This document shows, one piece after another, positions 52,771-64,000 of a stretch of DNA of 64,000 nucleotides. The DNA lies in contig OZ024744.1 of the NCBI GenBank assembly GCA_964016885.1, positions 94,984,001 to 95,048,000 on the forward strand, read 5' to 3'. The first letter of the stretch is position 1, and each line of letters opens with the position of its first letter. The translations under genes were made by a program, and so were the position numbers. The notes beneath the pieces were generated by a model that did no database searches, was not told the origin of the DNA, and worked only from the letters and a program-made list of their open reading frames with translations. The DNA is from Eledone cirrhosa (lineage: Eukaryota).

Positions 52771-53490
52771 TATATATATATATCATCATCATCATCATCA
52801 TCATCATTTAACGTCCATCTTCCACGCTTGCATGGGTTTGGACGGGAGTTTTCCCACTTGAGGTAAGAGTGGTTGTCTTGCTCGCATAGGAGTGTCTGGC
52901 GGGTTTTCTACGGCTGGATGCCCTTCCTAACACCAACCACGTTTACAGTGTGGACTGGGAGGTTTTTACCGTGTTACCTACACGGCCACATTACAGCGTG
53001 GAGTGTGTGTTTTTTGGTCGTGACACCTACACGACCTCATTTGTTTCGAACTGGATGTTGTGGTACCAACATAACTTTACATTGAAAGGGGTGGTGTGGA
53101 TGGGGTGGGGGTAGTGGGATGGGGGTGTATTTTTGTTAGAGGTGCCTACTGACTGTAGTAGGTTTCACTTTGTACTTAGGTAAGGTGGGTCTTCTGTATT
53201 ACTGTGTAGCGCCAAAGATCTTGGTCCAGTGACATTGTCTTGGAGAGGTGTAAGTGTGTGAGGTCGGAATTTATTAAGTCATCCCAGGTTTTTTTGGGTC
53301 TGCCTACTATATATATATACATAAACAAAGAAGGTGTGGTAAGAAACCAGGTGGACCATAACACACCAGAGTACCCAATACTTAGGGTAATAGAGTGGGT
53401 AATAGGAAAAGTGTCAAGACCGTTTCGCCGGAGCTCAGCCATTGGGGTCCTGACTCTTTTCCTATATATATATATATACATATATAGACG

Positions 53491-53526
<36 letters not shown>

Positions 53527-53717
53527 ATATATATATCATTGGGTAGATTAGATTTTTGTAAGTATAGACATACAGACATACATGAGTATAACGAATATAT
53601 ATATAAACAAAATAACAAAATATACAAAATAACATACACACATACATACTCATACATATATACATATATACATATATACATATATACATACACACATGAG
53701 ACATATAATTAACATAC

Positions 53718-53763
53718 CTGAGCATATTCTTTCTCTATGGCTGACCGTTTCTGACTGAAGACT
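53718..53763 (-). CDS. FCHSD2: FCHSD2/nwk-like 46-nt coding exon (probably exon 3)
   Basis: attatttcag|agtcttc...gctcag|gtatgt. The phase-2 start completes the Arg codon, then VFSQKRSAIEKEYAQ versus human TFSQKKAAIEREYAQ. Phases fit both neighbouring exons. Confidence 0.92.
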
Positions 53764-53774
53764 CTGAAATAATG

Positions 53775-56700
53775 CAGAAATAATATAGAGATAGTATAGA
53801 GATAATATAGAGATAATATAGAGATAATATAGAAATAATATAGAGATAATATAGAGATAATATAGAGATAATATAGAGATATTATAGAAATAATATAGAG
53901 ATAATATAGGGATAATATAGAGATAATATAGAGATAATATAGAGATAATATAGAGATAATATAGAGATAATATAGAGATAATATAGAGATAATATAGAGA
54001 TAATATAGAAATAATATAGAGATAATATAGGGATAATATAGAGATAATATAGAAATAATATAGAGATAATATAGAAATAATATAGAGATAATATAGATAT
54101 AATATAGAGATAATATAGAGATAATATAGAGATAATATAGAGATAATATAGAGATAATATAGGGATAATATAGAGATAATATAGAGATAATATAGAGATA
54201 TTATAGAAATAATATAGAGATAATATAGATATAATATAGAGATAATATAGAGATAATATAGAGATAATATAGAGATAATATAGAGATATTATAGAAATAA
54301 TATAGAGATAATATAGATATAATATAGAGATAATATAGAGATAATATAGAGATAATATAGAGATAATATAGAGATAATATAGAGATAATATAGAGATAAT
54401 ATAGAAATAATATAGAGATAATATAGATATAATATAGAGATAATATAGAGATAATATAGAGATAATATAGAGATAATATAGAGATAATATAGAGATATTA
54501 TAGAAATAATATAGAGATAATATAGGGATAATATAGAGATAATATAGAGATAATATAGAGATAATATAGAGATAATATAGAGATAATATAGAGATAATAT
54601 AGAGATAATATAGAAATAATATAGAGATAATATAGAGATAATATAGAAATAATATAGAAATAATATAGAGATAATAAAGCGATAATATCGAGATAATATA
54701 GAAATAATATAGAGATAATATAGAAATAATATAGAGATAATATAGAGATAATATAGAAATAATATAGAGATAATATAGAGATAATATAGAGATAATATAG
54801 AGATATTATAGAAATAATATAGAGATAATATAGGGATAATATAGAGATAATATAGAGATAATATAGAGATAATATAGAGATAATATAGAGATAATATAGA
54901 GATAATATAGAGATAATATAGAAATAATATAGAGATAATATAGAGATAATATAGAAATAATATAGAAATAATATAGAGATAATAAAGCGATAATATAGAG
55001 ATAATATAGAGATAATACAGAGATAATACAGAAATAATATAGAAATAATATAGAGATAATATAGAGATAATACAGAGATAATATAGAGATAATATAGAAA
55101 TAATATAGAGATAATATGGAGATAATATAGAGATAATATAGAGATAATATAGAAATAATATAGAGATAATATAGAGATAATATAGAGATAATATAGAGAT
55201 AATATAGAGATAATATAGAGATAATATAGAAATAATATAGAGATAATATAGAGATAATATAGAGATAATATAGAAATAATATAGAAATAATATAGAGATA
55301 ATAAAGCGATAATATAGAGATAATATAGAAATAATATAGAGATAATGTAGAAATAATATAGAGATAATATAGAGAAAATATAGAATATAGAGATAATATA
55401 GAAATAATATAGAAATAATATAGAAATAATATAGAAATAATATAGAAATAATATAGAAATAATATAGAAATAATATAGAAATAATTTAGAGATATATAGA
55501 GATAATAAAGAGATAATATATAGATAATATGGAAATAATATAGAGATAATATAGAAATAATATAGAAATAATATAGAGATAATATAGAAATAATATAGAG
55601 ATAATACAGAGAAAATATAGAAATAATATAGAGATAATATAGAGATAATATAGAAATAATATAGAGATAATATAGAAATAATATAGAGATAATATAGAGA
55701 TAATATAGAGATAATATAGAAATAATATAGAGATAATATAGAGATAATATAGAGATAATATAGAAATAATATAGAAATAATATAGAAATAATATAGTGAT
55801 AATATAGAAATAATATAGAGATAATATAGAAATAATATAGAGATAATATAGAGATAATATAGAAATAATATAGAGATAATATAGAGATAATATAGAATTA
55901 ATATAGAAATAATATAGAGATAATATAGAGATAATACAGAAATAATAAAGAAATAATATAGAAATAATATAGAAATAATATAGAAATAATATAGAGATAA
56001 TATAGAAATAATATAGAAATAATATAGAAATAATATAGAGATAATATAGAGATAATATAGAGATAATATAGAAATAATATAGAGATAATATAGAGATAAT
56101 ATAGAGATAATATAGAAATAATATAGAAATAATATAGAAATAATATAGAGATAATATAGAAATAATATAGAGATAATATAGAGATAATATAGAGATAATA
56201 TAGAAATAATATAGAAATAATATAGAAATAATATAGAGATAATATAGAGATAATATAGAAATAATATAGAGATAATATAGAAATAATATAGAAATAATAT
56301 AGAAATAATATAGAAATAATATAGAGATAATATAGAGAAAATATAGAATATAGAGATAATATAGAAACAATATAGAAATAATATAGAAATAATATAGAAA
56401 TAATATAGAAATAATATAGAGATAATATAGAAATAATATAGAAATAATTTAGAGATATATAGAGATAATAAAGAGATAATATATAGATAATATAGAAATA
56501 ATATAGAGATAATATAGAAATAATATAGAAATAATATAGAGATAATATAGAGATAATATAGAGAAAATATAGAAATAATATAGAGATAATATAGAGATAA
56601 TATAGAAATAATATAGAAATAATATAGAGCTAATATAGAGATAATACAGAAATAATACAGAAATAATATAGAAATAATATAGAGATAATATAGAAATAAT

Positions 56701-59633
56701 ATAGAGATAATATAGAAATAATACAGACATAATACAGAAATAATAAAGAAATAATATAGAAATAATATAGAGATAATATAGAGATAATATAGAAATAATA
56801 TAGAGATAACATAGAGATAATATAGAGATAATATAGAGATAATATAGAAATAATATAGAAATAATATAGAAATAATATAGAAATAATATAGAGATAATAT
56901 AGAGATAATATAGAGATAATATAGAGATAACATAGAGATAATATAGAGATAATATAGAGATAATATAGAGATAATATAGAGATAATATAGAAATAATATA
57001 GAGATAATATAGAGATAATATAGAGATAATATAGAGATAATATAGAGATAATATAGAGATAATATAGAGATAATATAGAGATAATATAGAGATAATATAG
57101 AAATAATATAGAAATAATATAGAGATAATATAGAAATAATATAGAAATAATATAGAGATAATATAGAGATAATATAGAGATAATATAGAAATAATATAGA
57201 GATAATATAGAGATAATATAGAAATAATATAGAGATAATATAGAGATAATATAGAAATAATATAGAAATAATATAGAGATAATATAGAAATAATATAGAA
57301 ATAATATAGAGATAATATAGAGATAATATAGAGATAATATAGAGATAATATAGAGATAATATAGAAATAATATAGAAATAATATAGAGATAATAAAGCGA
57401 TAATATAGAGATAATATAGAAATAATATAGAGATAATATAGAAATAATATAGAGATAATATAGAGAAATTATAGAATATAGAGATAATATAGAAATAATA
57501 TAGAAATAATATAGAAATAATATAGAAATAATATAGAAATAATATAGAGATAATATAGAAATAATATAGAAATAATTTAGAGATATATAGAGATAATAAA
57601 GAGATAATATATAGATAATATGGAAATAATATAGAGATAATATAGAAATAATATAGAGATAATATAGAAAAAATATAGAGATAATACAGAGAAAATATAG
57701 AAATAATATAGAGATAATATAGAGATAATATAGAAATAATATAGAAATAATATAGAGATAATATAGAGATAATACAGAAATAATAAAGAAATAATATAGA
57801 AATAATATAGAGATAATATAGAAATAATATAGAGATAATATAGAGATAATACAGAGATAATACAGAAATAATAAAGAAATAATATAGAGATAATATAGAG
57901 ATAATATAGAAATAATATAGAGATAATAAAGAGATAATATAGAGATAATATAGAGATAATATAGAAATAATATAGAAATAATATAGAGATAACATAGAAA
58001 TAATATAGAGATAATATTGAAATAATATAGAGATAATATAGAAATAATATAGAGATAATATAGAGATAATATAGAGATAATATAGAAATAATATAGAGAT
58101 AATATAGAGATAATATAGAGATAATATAGAAATAATATAGAAATAATATAGAGATAATATAGAAATAATATAGAGATAATATAGAAATAATATAGAGATA
58201 ATATAGAGATAATATAGAAATAATATAGAGATAACATAGAGATAATATAGAATTAATATAGAAATAATATAGAGATAATATAGAGATAATACAGAAATAA
58301 TAAAGAAATAATATAGAAATAATATAGAGATAATATAGAAATAATATAGAGATAATATAGAGATAATACAGAGATAATACAGAAATAATATAGAGATAAT
58401 ATAGAGATAATATAGAGATAATATAGAAATAATATAGAAATAATATAGAAATAATATAGAAATAATATAGAGATAATATAGAGATAATATAGAAACAATA
58501 TAGAAATAATATAGAGATAATATAGAAATAATATAGAAATAATATAGAAATAATATAGAAATAATATAGAGATAATATAGAGAAAATATAGAATATAGAG
58601 CTAATATAGAAATAATATAGAAATAATATAGAAATAATATAGAAATAATATAGAGATAATATAGAAATAATATAGAAATAATTTAGAGATATATAGAGAT
58701 AATAAAGAGATAATATATAGATAATATAGAAATAATATAGAGATAATATAGAAATAATATAGAAATAATATAGAGATAATATAGAAATAATATAGAGATA
58801 ATATAGAGAAAATATAGAAATAATATAGAGATAATATAGAGATAATATAGAAATAATATAGAAATAATATAGAGATAATATAGAGATAATACAGAGATAA
58901 TACAGAAATAATAAAGAAATAATATAGAAATAATATAGAGATAATATAGAAATAATATAGAGATAATATAGAGATAATACAGACATAATACAGAAATAAT
59001 AAAGAAATAATATAGAAATAATATAGAGATAATATAGAGATAATATAGAAATAATATAGAGATAACATAGAGATAATATAGAGATAATATAGAGATAATA
59101 TAGAGATAATATAGATATAATATAGAGATAATATAGAGATAATATAGAGATAATATAGATATAATATAGAGATAATATAGAGATAATATAGAGATAATAT
59201 AGAGATAATATAGATATAATATAGAGATAATATAGAGATAATATAGAAATAATATAGAAATAATATAGAGATAATATAGAAATAATATAGAGATAATATA
59301 GAGATAATATAGAGATAATATAGAGATAATATAGAGATAATATAGAGATAATATAGAAATAATATAGAGATAATATAGAGATAATATAGAGATAATATAG
59401 AGACAATATAGAGATAACATAGAAATAATATAGAGATAATATAGAGATAATATAGAGATAATATAGAGATAATATAGAGATAATATAGAGATAATATAGA
59501 AATAATATAGAGATAATATCGAGATAATATAGAGATAATATAGAAATAATATAGAGATAATATAGAGATAATATAGAGACAATATAGAGATAACATAGAA
59601 ATAATATAGAGATAATATAGAGATAATATAGAA
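53775..59633. repeat. 11-bp satellite (ATAGAGATAAT/ATAGAAATAAT), about 530 copies, with about 1-kb higher-order repeats
   Basis: Directly visible; the marker ataatttagagatatatagag recurs at about 55481, 56444, 57572 and 58678. Confidence 0.95.
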
Positions 59634-60142
59634 AGTAAATCAGTTGAAATATGGAGACAGGAAGAAATTAATTAAAGCAATGTAAATTGGTTTTTAAATA
59701 ATTCCAATTAATGATAAGAGCACTAATAATGATGATGGTGGTGGGAGTGGTGAGGATGGTGGCGGTAGTGTCAGTGGTGGCTGTGGGGGTGCTGGTGCTG
59801 GTTACATGAAACATTAATAGATAAATAGATTATTGGAGTAGAGATGATTAGAAACTGGAACACAACACAGATAATATAATCATCATCATCAGCATCACCA
59901 CCACCACCACCACCACTACCACCACCACTACCATTATCATCATTACCATCACCATAACCAACACCATTAACTTGCCATCATCACCACCACCACCACCACC
60001 GCTACCATTATCATCATTACCATCACCATAACCAACACCATTAACTTGCCATCACCACCACCACCACCACCACCACCGCTACCATTATCACCATAACCAA
60101 CACCATTAACTTGCCATCATCATCACCACCACTATTATGGTG

Positions 60143-60177
<35 letters not shown>

Positions 60178-60367
60178 GTCGTCGTCATCATCTATTGACT
60201 ACAATGACAGCCATGACAAATATCCCATTCCATCATTGACACCATCAATATTGACGTACACACAAACAACACATACATACACATAAGCACACACACATAT
60301 ACCAACGCACGCACAAATACACCCACCAACACACACACACACACACACACACAAAGACACACACAAA

Positions 60368-60406
<39 letters not shown>

Positions 60407-60543
60407 ATACTCACATATAGGATACATGCGTGTGTGCTACAGACAACAAATTCAGCAAAAGTGATGTCATACGCGAGGTTTGCTGAAGTACAACAAAAAA
60501 ATTTGGGACTCTTCATCATAGATAGCACTATTAAGAAATATAT

Positions 60544-60616
60544 GCCTCCGTGGCCCAATGGATAAGGCACCGGCCTCCTAAGCCGAGGATTGTGGGTTCG
60601 AGTCCCTTCGGAGGTA
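60544..60616 (+). tRNA. tRNA-Arg(CCT) gene or young pseudogene
   Basis: GCCTCCG/CGGAGGT acceptor stem, D loop AATGGATA, anticodon loop CTCCTAA, T loop TTCGAGT. Single mismatches in the D, anticodon and T stems. Confidence 0.8.
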
Positions 60617-61943
60617 TAAATTTATTGAGTTCAAATCCCACCGAGGTTAAATATTAGGCCCCCGTTTTACATGTGTTGTATTGAAGTGAATAACTATGTG
60701 TATACTCTGGGAATGTATCCTACATTGCCTATTGAGTACGCTGAGATACAACCGGTCCTGGCATTGATAAATATGCTGGGTCCGTCAACTCCTTATTATC
60801 TGAGTTCAAATCCCGCCGAGGTTAACTTTGCCTTTCATCCTTACGGGGTCAATAAAATAAAGCACCAGTAATGTACTGGGTAATTGCTGGCCTTGTGCCA
60901 AAAGTTGAAACAACTAATAAGAAATATATTCAAAAATAAATGTAAGTTTTATATATAACTAGGCCACCAGTGACCCTGTTGGCTCACGTTTGCTTCAAAA
61001 TATTTTTTTTAAATCATGTTCACTTAAAAATAAATTTTAAATAATTAAAATAAATATACACAGACATGTATATAATGTGAAATGAAACTGGAAGACCCAT
61101 ATATAAATATGTGTCTATGTGTGTGTGTGTGTGTATATATATATGTGGGTTGTGGGTGTATATATATATGTGGGTGTATATATATATGTATATATACACT
61201 GGTCATAGACACACACACACACATATACACATATATATATATATATATACACACACTCGTATATATATATATATATATATATGAGTGTGCAGAGGCACAT
61301 GGCTTGGTGGTTAGAGCATTGGCCTTGCAATCGAAAGGTTGTGAGTTCAATTCTCAGACCGGGTGATATGTTGTTTCCTTGAGCAAGACACTTTATTTCA
61401 GATTGCTCCAGTTTACTCAGCTGTAGAAATGAGATGCAAAGTGGTCGTGGAGGTGCCACGGCAAAAAAGCACCCAGCACTCACTGTAAATGAGGTTGGTG
61501 TTAGGAAGGGCATCCAGCTGTAGAAATCAAGCCAGAATCAGTTCCCGTCCCACCCTTGCAAGCAGGGAAAAGCGGACGTAAAATGAAATGAAATGAAGAA
61601 ATGATATATATATATATACAACAATATCACCAGCTCTCTTCCATTCTCCTTCTCATCTCCCTCTCTCTATATCTCTCTTTCAATCAATCTACTCTCTCAC
61701 AACCATTCTCTCTTTCTCTCTATCTTTCTCTTTCTTTGTTTATGAAGGTACCCGGAAAAATCCCATATCTCGGAAACCCATGGTCCGATTTATGCGAAAC
61801 TTGTTTTATTTTATTTGTATTCCCATTTCAGGGGCAACATCCTTTCAAAGTATTTTCCCATTATGCACCCTTTTGGCTATATTACATTACAGACAAGCAG
61901 GCAAGCAAGCAATCACAGACTTTTAGTATTATATAGATAAAAT

Positions 61944-62348
61944 AGCTTAGAGGTTAGAGAATTGGATTCACAATCATGAGGTTGCGAGTTCGATTCCCAG
62001 AGTGGCTCTTTCTGCCAGGAATTATGACCGGTAGATAATATCAGCAATGAAAAGATCAGTGGAAACACAGTTTCTTTTGTCTGATATGATGAGTTCCACC
62101 CCACTTGGTAAGCGAGTGAGGTCTGGCATCTTGTCAATCGATCAAAATAAAATAAAAAATGGAAAATGGCTAGAATATCTCTTCCACTGTGGAGTGAAAC
62201 TGTGTTGGAAAAGACCTGTGCAACCCATGCAAGTACTGTGGGAAACGACACGTTGCTGAATGTTGCTGAAAAGAGGGTTATATATATATATTCCCATCCA
62301 AACCCATGCAAGTGTGGAACATGGACTTTAAACGATGATGATGATGAT
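61944..62348 (+). mobile_element. tRNA-derived SINE, distinct central domain, RTE-like tail
   Basis: tagcttagagg A box, gagttcgattccc B box, cccatgcaag...gatgatgat tail. Confidence 0.6.
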
Positions 62349-62909
62349 GATATATATATATATATCCAGGCCGAAACAAATGAGGTCGTGTAGGTGTCAC
62401 AACAAAAAAACACACAGTCCACGCTGTAATGTGGCCGTATAGGTAACACGGTAAAAACCTCCCAGCCCCACACTGTAAATGTGGTTGGTGTTAGGAAGGG
62501 CATCCAGCCATAGAAAACACGCCAGATAGTCCTATGCGAGCAATGACAACCACTCTTGCCTCAAGTGGGAAAACTCCCGTCCAAACCCATGCAAGCGTGG
62601 AACATGGACGTTAAACGATGATGATGATGATGATGATGTTGATGATATATACGTATATACATATATATATTTCCAAGGGGTCCGGGTAAATTTTTCGATC
62701 ATATATTATTATTTGTTTGACCCGAATAGCTTGCTCGCTTCTATGGCTTTGCGGTTAATGGTTTAACCATCGTCTCAGTGCGTTTGGCCTTTTTAACATA
62801 AGTTTATTGCTCTAGTTCACTCGTATCTATCGAGCGCTTGCCACACAATTTGGAAGTTGTTTTTCGCTAATTTCCAATAGCCGAAATGCGATACTCACTA
62901 ATTTATATT

Positions 62910-62967
<58 letters not shown>

Positions 62968-63144
62968 CAGAAATATCCGAGACCCCCAGTAGACAACTGA
63001 TGAGGAAAACTATGTTGGAAAATTATATTTAAAATAAGAATCTTTTCATGGATGGTTTTGTTTCATAAGACCAAGGCCGGTTTTAGCCAGGTTTGTAACA
63101 AAAGAGTCAATGAAAGAATAAATAACAAGAAATGGCAAACCTAC

Positions 63145-63242
63145 CGAATATCTTCCAGAAGTTCCACCTCTTGTTGGTGCTTTGCCTGCAATTTCTGCAG
63201 TTGTTCAGTATGAATAACTTTTAAAGCAGAGGCATGCTTCAC
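63145..63242 (-). CDS. FCHSD2: FCHSD2/nervous wreck-like gene, coding exon (probably exon 2), F-BAR N-terminus
   Basis: Minus strand tttattttgcag|...|gtaggt, 98 nt, translates VKHASALKVIHTEQLQKLQAKHQQEVELLEDIR. It matches recalled human FCHSD2 VKVTQELKNIQVEQMTKLQAKHQAECDLLEDMR. FCHSD1/FCHSD2 orthology is not resolvable here. Confidence 0.92.
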
Positions 63243-63363
63243 CTGCAAAATAAAGAAATATAAAAAATAATTTTAAAAATCAGATTTATTTGGTTACACC
63301 TATCTTCATTCTGTGAACTTGGTCACAGTTTTTCTGGGAGTAACTGCAGTTGAATATTAGCAG

Positions 63364-63452
<89 letters not shown>

Positions 63453-63454
<2 letters not shown>

Positions 63455-63643
63455 TTGTTATATTTTGGGAGGGTCATGTTGCCAATAAAAACACATGCAC
63501 CTGTTGGTTTTCACTTCAATTTATTATAAGTTTCCGGTTGGTTGGTTTGATAACTGGAACCAACTGGAAACATAATAAATTGAAGTGAAATTCAACAGGT
63601 GCATGTGTTTTTATTGACAACATGACTCTCCCAAAGTATAACA
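63453..63643. mobile_element. Fold-back element, family H
   Basis: Imperfect arms of about 90 bp; the central hairpin ccggttggtt...aaccaactgg is followed by GAAA; the end motif atgaccctccccaa.tataacaa also occurs at about 970 and 3855. Confidence 0.65.
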
Positions 63644-64000
63644 AAATCTGTTTCAACACACGTTTACAGATAAGAAATCTCGCAAAACAAATTCAAAAAC
63701 GAATTATATATATATATACAGGGTCGTGTCCTCCCAAAATGTATACACACTTTGATTAGAATGCTGAAGTATGTATACATTTTGGGGGGACACCCTATAA
63801 ACACATAGGCACACACACACAAAACTCACACACACACACACAAAACCCACACACACATATATTTAATTTCAAAGTGAATAGACCAGAACATTTTTCTTTG
63901 AGAGTTCCTTATACTCTGAAGAAGGGAATTTTTAAGTCCCAAAATATTAGGATAAAAGAAACAACAACAAAAACCTCCCCAAAGATTACCAGGTAACTAA

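Noticed and set aside
54498-59596. 1165-aa and other hydrophobic ORFs
   Set aside because: Translation of an 11-bp satellite that lacks stops on one strand.
62997-63030. CTGATGA...GAAA hammerhead candidate
   Set aside because: No convincing stem I or stem II pairing.

Overview
Repeat-dense, AT-rich animal genomic DNA. The SINE/LINE repertoire suggests an octopod cephalopod, but this is inference. The window lies inside a minus-strand F-BAR/double-SH3 gene (FCHSD2/nervous wreck-like). Three short coding exons missed by the ORF track were read by eye (63145-63242, 53718-53763, 4384-4469), separated by introns of about 9.4 kb and 49 kb. The introns hold RTE- and CR1-type LINE fragments, tRNA-derived SINEs, mariner/Tc1- and piggyBac-type MITEs, a tRNA-Arg(CCT) gene or pseudogene, microsatellites, a 7.6-kb 57-bp minisatellite grown from an RTE ORF, and a 5.9-kb 11-bp satellite fused to a splice acceptor. 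The most striking signal is a set of sequence-unrelated short fold-back (palindromic) insertions at (TA)n tracts. They carry type I hammerhead-ribozyme motifs, either on both strands or folded back inside the ribozyme itself, and include U3-A8 core variants, resembling non-autonomous Penelope-like retroelements. Almost all long ORFs in the supplied track are repeat artefacts. Everything was read by eye, and repeat boundaries are approximate.
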